From the NCBI GenBank assembly GCA_964426185.1, contig CAYRPF010000024.1:5301-37300 (forward strand): a stretch of DNA of 32,000 bases, given 5' to 3'. This DNA is from an uncultured archaeon (GTDB lineage Archaea; Asgardarchaeota; Lokiarchaeia; Sigyniarchaeales; Promethearchaeaceae). Below are positions 16,724 through 26,534 of this stretch, piece after piece. Positions within the stretch are counted from its first letter, which is position 1. Every line of letters starts with the position of its first letter. The notes under the pieces are model-generated. The model was not told the DNA's origin. It made no database searches and saw nothing but the letters and a program-made list of their open reading frames with translations. Made by a program: the position numbers and the translations under genes.

Positions 16724-18046
16724 CTAATTCCTTAAAATTTCCCACATATGTTGAACCCGTTGATTAATTAAGGCTTGGGTTCCAATGTCCGTGCGATGAA
16801 AGAGTTCTCCATGAATATATTGGGTTGCATTTTCAGCGATTTCCTCTGCTTCTTCAATGGAATCAGCGATACCTAACACTGCAATAGCTCGAGAAGTAGA
16901 TGTAAAGATTTTCCCATCTTCTTCACTGACTGAAGCATAGTAGATTTTTGCTCCGATTTTATTTAATCCTTCTTTATCAATTTGTATTTCACTATTTGCT
17001 TTCGGATTTGTGGGATAACCTTCAGGAACTAAATACTTGCATACAGTAGCCTTATTTTCAAATTCAATATTTGACTGTAAGGTTCCATTTAGTATTCTTT
17101 GACAGATCTCTACAAAATTCGATTTAATTATAGGAAGAATGTTCATTGCTTCAGGATCTCCAAAGCGGATGTTAAATTCTACTACTTTTGTTCCTTTCTT
17201 AGTTTTCATGAACTGTCCGTATAAAAATCCCTTATATTTCACACCAGTTTCTAAATGAACCGATTTTACTACTTTTTCCAGCTGTAATCGAGCATATTCT
17301 ACATCATTGGCATTCACAAACGGTAGAAGATGATTTTCATAAGAAATTGAACCCATTCCGCCGGTATTTGGTCCTTTATCGCCGTTATAAGCTCTTTTAT
17401 TATCTTGAACTAATGGAGTACCCACCACATGATCTCCGTCAACAAAACATATATAAGTAAATTCTTCTCCTTCTAATTTCTCTTCGATTACCACGCGCCC
17501 ATTATGATTAAAAATTTCTTGACAGTAATCGTATATTTCTTCTTCTGAATGAAGATGGTCTCCCCAAACTTTTACACCTTTTCCACCAGTTAATCCATCG
17601 GGTTTCACCACTACATTCTCTTTTCCAATTTTTGCTACAAATTCTGGAATTCCATCCATTTTTATGAATGTTTCAAAGTTAATATTTGATTCAATGTTGT
17701 GTTTTTTTAATAATTCCCGGGCAAAAATCTTAGAACTTTCCAATTGTGCGCATTCAATGGTAGGTCCAACAGTAGGAATCCCTTGTATCTTTAATCCATC
17801 AACAATTCCTACGGCTAAAGGTGCTTCCGGACCTACTACAGCAAACTCTACCTTATTCTTTTTTCCAAAGGTGGAAATTTCAGAAAAATTGGTTAAATCT
17901 CCCAGTTTTACGTTGTCATTACAGAGCTTAGCAATACCGGGATTACGTTTCGACATAAATGCACATAGTTCTGCACCCCCTTTTACCAAAGCTTCTGCTA
18001 AAGCATGTTCCCGGGCACCATTTCCAATTAGAAGTACACGTGTCAT
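16724..18046 (-). CDS. purD: Phosphoribosylamine--glycine ligase
   Basis: GNGAREHALA, VGPEAPL, LESSK, VVKPDGLTGGKGV, GPNTGGMG, EFNIRFGDPE. ATG at 18046. Confidence 0.97.
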   Translation of the reverse strand: MTRVLLIGNGAREHALAEALVKGGAELCAFMSKRNPGIAKLCNDNVKLGDLTNFSEISTFGKKNKVEFAVVGPEAPLAVGIVDGLKIQGIPTVGPTIECAQLESSKIFARELLKKHNIESNINFETFIKMDGIPEFVAKIGKENVVVKPDGLTGGKGVKVWGDHLHSEEEIYDYCQEIFNHNGRVVIEEKLEGEEFTYICFVDGDHVVGTPLVQDNKRAYNGDKGPNTGGMGSISYENHLLPFVNANDVEYARLQLEKVVKSVHLETGVKYKGFLYGQFMKTKKGTKVVEFNIRFGDPEAMNILPIIKSNFVEICQRILNGTLQSNIEFENKATVCKYLVPEGYPTNPKANSEIQIDKEGLNKIGAKIYYASVSEEDGKIFTSTSRAIAVLGIADSIEEAEEIAENATQYIHGELFHRTDIGTQALINQRVQHMWEILRN

Positions 18047-18092
18047 AATTATCAAAGCACGGGAGATCTCAAAAATTCTTCTCTCCTCTAGT

Positions 18093-18108
18093 TATTAATC
18101 GATTAATA
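18093..18108. promoter_or_regulatory. Perfect 16-bp palindrome TATTAATCGATTAATA in the purD/xth divergent intergenic region (candidate operator)
   Basis: Self-complementary and roughly centred between the two start codons. Confidence 0.5.
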
Positions 18109-18167
18109 TCACTATCCACAATTGATCTATAATTTTATGAATGCAAAGCATTGAATAGCTATTGATA

Positions 18168-18941
18168 ATGAAAATAATATCCTGGAATGTTAACGGTTTA
18201 AATGCGGCTTTAAAGAAAGGATTGATGGAATTTATCGAAGAAGAAAAAGCGGATGTTTATTGTTTTCAAGAAGTGAAAGTTACTGAAAAGACCTTAGATT
18301 CTACCTTTCTTTCTAACCCATTAATAAAAGATTATAAAATGTATTGGAATCCCGCCCAAAAAAATGGATATTCAGGTACTATGGTGTTATCGAAAATTTC
18401 CCCAAAAGCGGTAATGTACGGATTAAATGATGAAGATCTAGATTCTGAAGGAAGAATGATTACAGTTGAATTCGATAAATTTTTTCTCTTGAATGGCTAT
18501 CTTCCAAATGCAGGATATGGATTGAAACGTTTGGATTTTAAATTACGCTATAATAAAGCATTATGGAACTTTCTAGATGAACTGAAGAAGGAAAAGGGAG
18601 TAATTTTATGCGGAGATCTCAATGTCGCCCATGATGAGATTGATTTAGCTAATCCAGCATCGAATAAGAAACATGCAGGTTTCACCCAAGAAGAACGTGA
18701 TGCATTTAGTGAACTTCTAAATCGTGGATATAAAGATACTTTTCGTCATTTTACAAAAGAAGGAGGGCATTATACTTACTGGTCTTATCGTACAAAAGCC
18801 AGAGAACGCAATGTAGGATGGCGTCTAGATTATTTTGTTGTGAATAAGGAATTTTTCCCTTATGTTAAAAAAAGTGAGAATTTAGAATCAATTTATGGAT
18901 CTGACCACTGTCCTATTCGTCTCACCTTGGATCTCAAATAG
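18168..18941 (+). CDS. xth: Exodeoxyribonuclease III / AP endonuclease
   Basis: SWNVNG, QEVK, GYSG, EGR, YLPN, GDLNVAH, YTYWSYR, GWRLDY, GSDHCP. Confidence 0.97.
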   Translation: MKIISWNVNGLNAALKKGLMEFIEEEKADVYCFQEVKVTEKTLDSTFLSNPLIKDYKMYWNPAQKNGYSGTMVLSKISPKAVMYGLNDEDLDSEGRMITVEFDKFFLLNGYLPNAGYGLKRLDFKLRYNKALWNFLDELKKEKGVILCGDLNVAHDEIDLANPASNKKHAGFTQEERDAFSELLNRGYKDTFRHFTKEGGHYTYWSYRTKARERNVGWRLDYFVVNKEFFPYVKKSENLESIYGSDHCPIRLTLDLK

Positions 18942-18979
18942 TCATTCAGATTTTTCTGAGAAAGAAAGTGTGATAGTGT

Positions 18980-19966
18980 TTGGAGTTGAGAAATATTCGG
19001 ATATTTTGTATTGGTTCGGTAAATTGGGATGGAATAATTTCTTTCTCCGGAGTAAAACAAGAATTTTTGGGAGGTAGCGCCGCGAATACTTGCATTTATC
19101 TGAAAAAATTGTTCAAAAGATATCCTTTAAATGAGAAGATAAAAATTAATTTAATTGCTGCTATTGGAAATGATAAAAACGCTGAAAAAATACGAGAATC
19201 TCTCGAACAGATAGGAATTTCTCAAAATTATCTAATATCATGTGATGGTGCATCAGGTAAAACCAAAATTACTTTAGATTCAGCTGGTGAACGCCGGATT
19301 GAACGATATCCTTCAGTTTCGTCGCAGCTCGCTGAAAAATTAAAAATTTCACCATTTTCATCCCAGTTGAAGAATTCGATAATTCACTGCAATCATTCAT
19401 TTCAAACACTGGCTACAATTGCCCAGTTTAATTCGAACCTCTTTTCGGTAGATATTAGCGGATTTTTACCTAAAGATAATATAAAAACTGAAACCATTAA
19501 GAATCGATTTTCGGCTGAATTTGACCAGATATTTCCAACAATTACTTTAAAAGCAGTTTTTGGGAATCTTAACGAATATTCTAACTTGCTTTTTCTGTTA
19601 AGATACATTACTGAACCTGCTACATTTATAAAAGCCAGTATTCCTCAAAGGGTAAGTATATTGCGAAAATTAAAGAAAAAGCTAAATACACAAATACTTT
19701 TTGTTAAAATGGGAAAAGATGGCGCTATTATCCTTAATGATGATGATTTTTTTGTGGCAAAACCACCCCATGGACAAAAAATACTAGATACTACCGGTGC
19801 AGGGGATATTTTCAACGCAGGAGCCATATTTGGATTGTTATTTTCTTTTTCTCTTGTAAAAATTCTGAAGATTTCCGTTCATTTAGGTACATGGAAATGT
19901 GCTTTTCTGGGTGCACAAAATTTTCCTATCGAAACTTCTAATTTATTATCCAGAATTTTACATTAA
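18980..19966 (+). CDS. PfkB/ribokinase-family carbohydrate or nucleoside kinase
   Basis: IGSVNWD, GGSAAN, IGND, VKMGKDGA, DTTGAGDIFNAG. Confidence 0.9.
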   Translation: MELRNIRIFCIGSVNWDGIISFSGVKQEFLGGSAANTCIYLKKLFKRYPLNEKIKINLIAAIGNDKNAEKIRESLEQIGISQNYLISCDGASGKTKITLDSAGERRIERYPSVSSQLAEKLKISPFSSQLKNSIIHCNHSFQTLATIAQFNSNLFSVDISGFLPKDNIKTETIKNRFSAEFDQIFPTITLKAVFGNLNEYSNLLFLLRYITEPATFIKASIPQRVSILRKLKKKLNTQILFVKMGKDGAIILNDDDFFVAKPPHGQKILDTTGAGDIFNAGAIFGLLFSFSLVKILKISVHLGTWKCAFLGAQNFPIETSNLLSRILH

Positions 19967-20151
19967 ATCGAGATAATATTCAGATGAGATCCTGATTATA
20001 GATCTTATTATATTTTCGTGTTCAATCAAGAATTTAGCATAAATATTTCCCTCTTTTTTCTTTAATTATGAAATTCAATCTAATTTTTCAACTTTAATTT
20101 TTCAAAGAACACAAAATTTTAAGAAATTTAATTGCAAAATAACATATAATT

Positions 20152-20502
20152 ATGGAATCAATTCAAGAATTTGTTTTAGCTAATCTAAATTACATCTATC
20201 TAGGAATTTCCTTGGGTATTATCTTCTTGCTGTTCAATTCATTGACTAGACGCAAATATCGACCACTTTTTCATTCATTATTCTTTCTCTGCACCGCATT
20301 TATAGTTACCTTTCTAATCAACGATATTTTCATCATTATTTTACTTCCATTTTTCATCCTATTTATTTTGAATATCTTCAATGATAGAATTTTTCAAGAT
20401 TTAGTTACTATAGAAGAAAACCAAATTTTTGAATCCAGAAATCCCCTCGTTTGGGAACAATTTGACACTCCGCCTGAGTTAAAACAAGGAGGAAAATCAT
20501 AA
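20152..20502 (+). CDS. Small membrane protein (2-3 TM helices)
   Basis: Hydrophobic stretches. Its stop overlaps the next start (TAATG) and GGAGG lies within its 3' end, suggesting coupling. Confidence 0.7.
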   Translation: MESIQEFVLANLNYIYLGISLGIIFLLFNSLTRRKYRPLFHSLFFLCTAFIVTFLINDIFIIILLPFFILFILNIFNDRIFQDLVTIEENQIFESRNPLVWEQFDTPPELKQGGKS

Positions 20503-22010
20503 TGCTTGAAATACTCTTAGAAAATTTACCGATTATAATATTAATGCTTGTATTAATTATCATTGTCCCAATTATGGAACATCCTAAAATATCCTTCCAT
20601 CTTGTAAATATAGGCATAATTTTAACCATATTTCTTCAAACTCTCATGATATTATCCATCACCATCCCTCAATTGAGTTTCTTTGCACAATACAGTCCAT
20701 CTCAATCAGCTTCATGGATCATCGCTGATTTTTTACTTTGCCTATTCCTTGCGTTACATGTTTTGAATAAAAAATCAATACTGAATTCAAATTCGGGTGA
20801 ATTGATTGGCCCAATATTTCTTTTAATGGTTATTTCTACCATAATCTTGCTTGAATCAGAAAATATCTTCATAATCTCTATGGCATTTCTGGTTTTACTA
20901 AATGTTGTCTATTACATGTCATTTACAGGTGATTATAAGAAAGATCCAAAGTATTTCAAAGAATTCAAAGAAATGGTTGGCTTTACCACATTTTTATTGA
21001 TTATTTTAATCGCAGTTCTAGGATTGTTATTGTTTTCCTATAATTTAATTAATTTAAAGATAACTTTCACTTCAATGCAGTTAATTCAAGAATATTTGAC
21101 CTATTTTGCATACTTTTTAGCCCTTACATTATTACCGGGATTTGGAGTTTTAGTTTCTCGAAAAATACGACGCAATTTCAGTGATTTTCCGCCATTATTA
21201 ATTGGAATTGTATCAATTGTGGTTTTTCCTACAATATTTTTGGTGAATTTCCGAATATTCACCACTTTCATCAGCTTTAATCATACTTTAGGCTATGTTT
21301 TTTTTGGGATTAGTTTAATTGGAATTTTATGGACAATCAAAGAATTAATTTATGAATTTAGAAAACAGACCCCTCAAAAACGTACTAATCTAACCAGAAT
21401 ATTTTTCTTATTAACTAGTATTGATGCACAAGGATTTCTGCTGATTTTGTCTGGATATTATTTTTCAGCACAAGCAAAGACATTATTTTTTAGCACGACT
21501 ATTTGGTATTTCTTAGTCGTGATAATGTTTAAGGTTTTGATCCTCGCAGTAATGTTGCCATATTTGCGGGTTCTTGATAAGAACTATCGCTTAAACACGG
21601 TATCTTCAAAAACTTGGGGTTGGAATTTCGTATTGCTAATATTGGCACCAGGAATTTTTCTGTTTGACAATGCACCTGGTTTTCAATTTATTAGTGGTTT
21701 ATACTCTAGCCTTCTAAATACAGCAACGAATCTAATTCCACAATCGAGCGACATTATCTTTTTATGGATAATATTAATTTTGGGATTAGGAATTATCTCA
21801 TTTGAATTTTTAATTGTGGTTTGGTTCTTCAATTTTATTCGAAAGGAAATCACTTCCAAAAAAAATATCGAACCAGTTTCTCCAACATCTTCGTTAGTTT
21901 TTTCTGATGGATTTTTGGTGATTTTTCTTTATGTTCTAATGGTAATCTGGACCATTTTTGGGCCAAAACTCGATTTAATTTCTAATTTACAAACATTTTT
22001 CTTTTTTTGA
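20502..22010 (+). CDS. Multi-pass membrane protein (~14 TM), highly diverged MrpD/NuoN/MbhH-like antiporter-fold subunit
   Basis: Order and spacing of degenerate landmarks (SENIF, KYF, FPP..I, NLTRIF...S, MFKVLIL, APGF) follow the proton-conducting transporter family. Confidence 0.55.
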   Translation: MLEILLENLPIIILMLVLIIIVPIMEHPKISFHLVNIGIILTIFLQTLMILSITIPQLSFFAQYSPSQSASWIIADFLLCLFLALHVLNKKSILNSNSGELIGPIFLLMVISTIILLESENIFIISMAFLVLLNVVYYMSFTGDYKKDPKYFKEFKEMVGFTTFLLIILIAVLGLLLFSYNLINLKITFTSMQLIQEYLTYFAYFLALTLLPGFGVLVSRKIRRNFSDFPPLLIGIVSIVVFPTIFLVNFRIFTTFISFNHTLGYVFFGISLIGILWTIKELIYEFRKQTPQKRTNLTRIFFLLTSIDAQGFLLILSGYYFSAQAKTLFFSTTIWYFLVVIMFKVLILAVMLPYLRVLDKNYRLNTVSSKTWGWNFVLLILAPGIFLFDNAPGFQFISGLYSSLLNTATNLIPQSSDIIFLWIILILGLGIISFEFLIVVWFFNFIRKEITSKKNIEPVSPTSSLVFSDGFLVIFLYVLMVIWTIFGPKLDLISNLQTFFFF

Positions 22011-22089
22011 ATATTTAGTAAATAAAAGCTACCATATTACTGTTAATAAAATATTTTAAATAACTAGATTTAGGAATGGATGATTAAAT

Positions 22090-23541
22090 TTGCAAAGAAT
22101 GTTCGGTACTTGCGGAATCAGGAAAAAATTCTCAACTTATGATAAATCGGAACAAACATTTACACCAAATATGGCAATACGGTTGGGGGAAGCAATCGGT
22201 ACTGCGATAAATTCTGGAACAGTAGTTATTGGAAGAGACATCAGAACCGCGGCTGTAGCGATCGAATATGCCATCATCAGTGGACTTGTCAGCACAGGCT
22301 GTAAAGTATTCACCATTGGAATGGTAACCACTCCTACGTTAGCCATGTCGATTGACTTTCTTAATGCAGATTGTGGTGTTATGATCACGGCTTCTCACAA
22401 TCCAGCAGAATACATTGGTGTAAAGCTATGGAATAAAGGAGGGTTAGGATTCAGTCCTTCTCAAGAAGACGAAATTGAAAAAATATATCAAAATCGCAAT
22501 TTTGTTCGAAAAAGATATAATGAATTAGGTTCAGTAACTCAAATCTCTGGAATAAATGATAAACATATCGAAAACATTATGAAATTAGTTCAATATAAGT
22601 GTGAAGACCGCCAATTTCATGTGATAGTTGATCCAGGCAATGGAAGTGCCTCCGAAATCGGTCCAAAATTACTGAGCAAATTGGGTTTGGACTTTGTCAC
22701 TTTAAATTCACAGCCAGATGGAACCTTTCCAGGTCGTGATTCAGAGCCCAGTCCAAAAAACTTGGAAGATTTACGACTATTTATTAAACATTCTCCCAAA
22801 ATTCAAATGGGAATTGCATTTGATGGCGATGCAGACCGAGTAATTTTTCTGGATGAAAACGGTCAAGTTGTGGAACCAATCAGAATTTTAACATTCTTGG
22901 CAAAAGAATATATTAAAATTAACTATCCAGATCCCAAAAGGCGACCACTTTTAGCTGTTGTCACCCCAGTTAATTCTTCGGGTGTTATTGAAGCGGTATT
23001 AGAACCAATGGGTGTATCAGTATATCGCACGAAAGTAGGGGATATTAATGTATCCCAAGCAATGGTGAAATACAATGCCTTTTTAGGGGGAGAAAATTGC
23101 GGGGTATATATATGGCCAGAGTATACAAATCATAAAGCACCTGATAGTTTGGCGACTATTGCTATTCTCTTGAAATTTATTTCCAACTATAATGGTAAAT
23201 TTAGTGAATTGTTGGTTGATATTCCAGAATTTCCTTATGTAAAGAAAAACATCGAATTAGAACACGACATTCATTTTAATGAGCAAGATTATCTGAACAT
23301 AGCTGAGAAATTGGAAGAAAAGTTGCTACAAGCAAACTACACCGATTTTAAACTCACTATGGTTGATGGAATGCATTTGCGTTTTAATAATGGATGGATT
23401 TTAATTAGAAAATCTGGAACCACGCCAATTTTACGTATCACCGCAGAATCCCAAACCTCTCTGGAAGAAACGAAAAAATTGATTCAAATCGGTGTTGATA
23501 CTGTAAAATCATTGATGCCAATTGTGGATGAAAGAAGATGA
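22090..23541 (+). CDS. Alpha-D-phosphohexomutase (phosphoglucosamine mutase / PMM-PGM)
   Basis: FGTCGIR, TPT, ITASHNP phosphoserine loop, FDGDADR metal loop, GGENCG, IRKSGTTPILRI. The start is TTG 22090 or ATG 22099. Confidence 0.95.
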   Translation: MQRMFGTCGIRKKFSTYDKSEQTFTPNMAIRLGEAIGTAINSGTVVIGRDIRTAAVAIEYAIISGLVSTGCKVFTIGMVTTPTLAMSIDFLNADCGVMITASHNPAEYIGVKLWNKGGLGFSPSQEDEIEKIYQNRNFVRKRYNELGSVTQISGINDKHIENIMKLVQYKCEDRQFHVIVDPGNGSASEIGPKLLSKLGLDFVTLNSQPDGTFPGRDSEPSPKNLEDLRLFIKHSPKIQMGIAFDGDADRVIFLDENGQVVEPIRILTFLAKEYIKINYPDPKRRPLLAVVTPVNSSGVIEAVLEPMGVSVYRTKVGDINVSQAMVKYNAFLGGENCGVYIWPEYTNHKAPDSLATIAILLKFISNYNGKFSELLVDIPEFPYVKKNIELEHDIHFNEQDYLNIAEKLEEKLLQANYTDFKLTMVDGMHLRFNNGWILIRKSGTTPILRITAESQTSLEETKKLIQIGVDTVKSLMPIVDERR

Positions 23542-23555
23542 GTGATTCTTTTAAT

Positions 23556-24308
23556 TTATTTCTTTTTTTTTTGTAATTTAAGCTTTACACGTGATTGGAA
23601 GTGTTTCTTACCGCTTTTTCTGTGTTTTTCCTTATTTCTTTCATTTAGCAGATTTAAAACCACTCCAAGGTAATTCTTAGCACGAGGAACAATTTTTTTG
23701 TTGGCTACTGCTTGATTCCATTTCTTAACTAAAACCACTTCTTTGAGTAAGGCGGCAGTAGTCATTTTGCCAATTTCCATCCAATCTTCCTTAACAATTT
23801 CTTTTTCAGAATCTAAACCTGGGCAATATTCTATCGCTTTTTTGGTGAGATCCATATGAACATCTAAGCCTTTTTGTGGAAAAGAAACGGGACTTGAATG
23901 AAAGTGGAAGGGAAAGGTTCGACAAATATTTGGACGAGCATTATAGATCCGACATTTATTCTTTTTTGATAAAAAGATGCATCTACCATTTTTTTTTTTC
24001 CTTAATCCCACAAAAGCCAATCCATGCTCTGTTTCAATTGGAGGTACAACCAATTTCTCCAGTTCTTTATCTGTAGGAGTATGATCAAAATGATAAAAGC
24101 CAATTACTTTAAGAAAATCTTCCAAAGAATAATTCAATTCAGCTTCCATTCGAAGTATATCAGAGTATGTTAAGTTTACAATCGTATTGCGATCTGAACA
24201 GCATCTTCCACACTGAATGCAGTCAAAATGATAAGGAGGATGGATTTTTTTAGGTAATCTTTTTTTAGGGGGAGAAGATATTGCAGAAGGGGGATTATTC
24301 TTGTTCAT
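23556..24308 (-). CDS. YkgJ family cysteine-cluster (CxxCxxCC) protein
   Basis: FDCIQCGRCC...CIFL...CRIYNARPNICRTFPF...CPG, with a basic C-terminal tail. Confidence 0.9.
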   Translation of the reverse strand: MNKNNPPSAISSPPKKRLPKKIHPPYHFDCIQCGRCCSDRNTIVNLTYSDILRMEAELNYSLEDFLKVIGFYHFDHTPTDKELEKLVVPPIETEHGLAFVGLRKKKNGRCIFLSKKNKCRIYNARPNICRTFPFHFHSSPVSFPQKGLDVHMDLTKKAIEYCPGLDSEKEIVKEDWMEIGKMTTAALLKEVVLVKKWNQAVANKKIVPRAKNYLGVVLNLLNERNKEKHRKSGKKHFQSRVKLKLQKKKK

Positions 24309-24386
24309 TATAATTCTACTATATGAAATTAGGTAATAATAGCAAAAACGTTACTTTTTTTTTAAATCTAATGTTATAAACAAGAA

Positions 24387-25103
24387 ATGTACGACCAAAT
24401 TGCTCAAGACTGGAAAAATAAAAGGCAACACCCTTGGAAACCCCTTGTTTCTATATTGGAGCCTTATCTTAAATTACATTTTTCAAGTTCAAGAGCTGAT
24501 CAAGAACAAACGTCCATATTTTTAGATGTTGGAGCTGGATCAGGTCGTCATTCTGAATTTCTTCAGCAATATTGCACCCGTCTCATAGAAATTGATCAAT
24601 CTAGAGAAATGCTTAAGCACAATAATTCTCCAAGCCTAAAAGTTCAAGCCGATATGATTTCTCTTCCATTTCGGACGAACAGCGTAGATGGTATTTTTTC
24701 TATTGCTAGCATTCATCATATAAAGGGAAAAACACATAGAATTCGAATTATTAATGATTTTCAAAAAATTGCCCGAAAAGAAGCTCTGATTGTAATAACT
24801 GTTTGGAGATTTAAACAAAAGAAATTCTTCCATGAATATAAAAAACAAATACTAGAGAGTACCTATAGAGAATTCGGAATAAAATTATCTGCTAAAAGCA
24901 AGATTGATAAGGAAATTGGAGATGTCAACGTTCCGTGGAAGGTTTCTCAACAAAACCAAGAAATTGTAATTCAACGTTTTTATCACCTTTTTCGAGCTGT
25001 TGAATTTCGACATCTAGTAAAACCTTTTAAATCTAAATTAATAACTGCCTTTGGATCGGGACGGGAAAAGTCGAATTTTTTATTTATTGGAGTAAATGAG
25101 TAA
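24387..25103 (+). CDS. Class I SAM-dependent methyltransferase, Trm9/ALKBH8-like
   Basis: YDQIA..W...R..PW, LDVGAGSG, AD...LPFR, SIASIHH, ITVW, DVNVPW and RFYHLF match Trm9-family blocks. Confidence 0.8.
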   Translation: MYDQIAQDWKNKRQHPWKPLVSILEPYLKLHFSSSRADQEQTSIFLDVGAGSGRHSEFLQQYCTRLIEIDQSREMLKHNNSPSLKVQADMISLPFRTNSVDGIFSIASIHHIKGKTHRIRIINDFQKIARKEALIVITVWRFKQKKFFHEYKKQILESTYREFGIKLSAKSKIDKEIGDVNVPWKVSQQNQEIVIQRFYHLFRAVEFRHLVKPFKSKLITAFGSGREKSNFLFIGVNE

Positions 25104-25133
25104 AAAAATAAATTGTGATTATTTATAATCATT

Positions 25134-26459
25134 ATGGAAAACATTTTGAAACATTTCATTCATACTAAGAAATATCCAATGCTACTAATGACATTGCTAA
25201 TTCTAAGCATTTTTCTGCTTTCCTTTTCTCGAGCAACCTCGACCTTCATTTCTGTTCCTTTTCAAGCAAATCAAGAAATAAACTTAGAAATTACTTATAA
25301 CGTTAATTATCAAGCGCTTTCTCCTTATAACAGTATATTTAAAATTTGGATTCCCCGTTTGAAAACTTGGAATTCAGAAGATATAAATCAAACCGCTGCC
25401 GTTCAAACCGTGAATCAACTAGATATTATTCCTCCTGATTTTTATCAAAAATATTCGTTTGATCCCAGCGATGTTTATGGAAATTCATATGATTATTATG
25501 AACTTGAAATGAAACCTATGTATGATCAAACCACGTTTTCCTATTCTGCGATATACAATGTAGCTTTACAATCACGTAATTGGTCAATTCCAATGGATCT
25601 TTCTTTAAATGATTATAATAAATCAGATTCTATTTACGAATTTTACACTTCTCCTCAACCTTATTATGAAATTAACGATACAGAAGTGCAAACACTAGCA
25701 TCTTCCATTACTCATAATTCCACTAATATTAAAGAAATACTTGAATCTGTCTATTTATTTGTTGAAGATTCCATGAATTACACCGCTATGGATGAAGTTC
25801 TCTCTCTCAAAGAAATAATTGGAAATTATCAAGGGGATTGCTCTGAATTCTCAACTTTGATGGTAGGATTGCTAAGAACTGCCGGAATTCCTGCGCGCAA
25901 AGTATTAGGAATTTCTTTGATCGAAGGTTCTCTCTCGGAACCGATTCCAAAATATGATATGCGGCCCGGAGATCAATGGTCATATTCGTTAGAATCGGAA
26001 AATGTAATACCGGGTCATGCTTGGGTTCAGTATTATGTGCCATATCTTGGGTGGGTGAGTGCAGATCCAACTTGGGGAAAACCTTATTACGCATATGGAA
26101 ATGAATCTGCCTTGCAATATCTTTATCAAATAGATTATCTTCATTTAATTACCACAATTGGTGGTTGGTATGAGTACGATATCAATCCACCTTTGGAAAT
26201 ATTGGAAGTGAATTCAACAGGAATACCAGAATTTCCCTTTCTTTTTCCAATCGGAAACGCTCAAAACTATCAATTAGATTTTCAAATTGACTTTGAAGTA
26301 TTATCAAGTACTTATGTTTCTGGTTTGTACTTAGATCAAAATAGTTGGATTATCCTAATAATTACCTCTAGTTCATTTCTAATAATAGTTTTCTTATGTT
26401 TTGGATCGCTTTATAGTCGGAGGCATAAAAGAAGGAATACTAATTTTTTCAGAAATTGA
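25134..26459 (+). CDS. Membrane-anchored extracellular transglutaminase-like protein
   Basis: N-terminal hydrophobic signal, catalytic triad GDCSEF / GHAWV / ADPTW, LRTAGIPAR, and a C-terminal TM followed by RRHKRR. Confidence 0.9.
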   Translation: MENILKHFIHTKKYPMLLMTLLILSIFLLSFSRATSTFISVPFQANQEINLEITYNVNYQALSPYNSIFKIWIPRLKTWNSEDINQTAAVQTVNQLDIIPPDFYQKYSFDPSDVYGNSYDYYELEMKPMYDQTTFSYSAIYNVALQSRNWSIPMDLSLNDYNKSDSIYEFYTSPQPYYEINDTEVQTLASSITHNSTNIKEILESVYLFVEDSMNYTAMDEVLSLKEIIGNYQGDCSEFSTLMVGLLRTAGIPARKVLGISLIEGSLSEPIPKYDMRPGDQWSYSLESENVIPGHAWVQYYVPYLGWVSADPTWGKPYYAYGNESALQYLYQIDYLHLITTIGGWYEYDINPPLEILEVNSTGIPEFPFLFPIGNAQNYQLDFQIDFEVLSSTYVSGLYLDQNSWIILIITSSSFLIIVFLCFGSLYSRRHKRRNTNFFRN

Positions 26460-26534
26460 AACTAAAGATTTTTTAATTTTTCCACCAAACGGAATAATAT
26501 AACTTATCTAAACATATTATGGTGACAAGATATT

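Noticed and set aside
17664-18098. 144-aa plus-strand ORF
   Set aside because: Antisense shadow of purD with no recognisable motifs.
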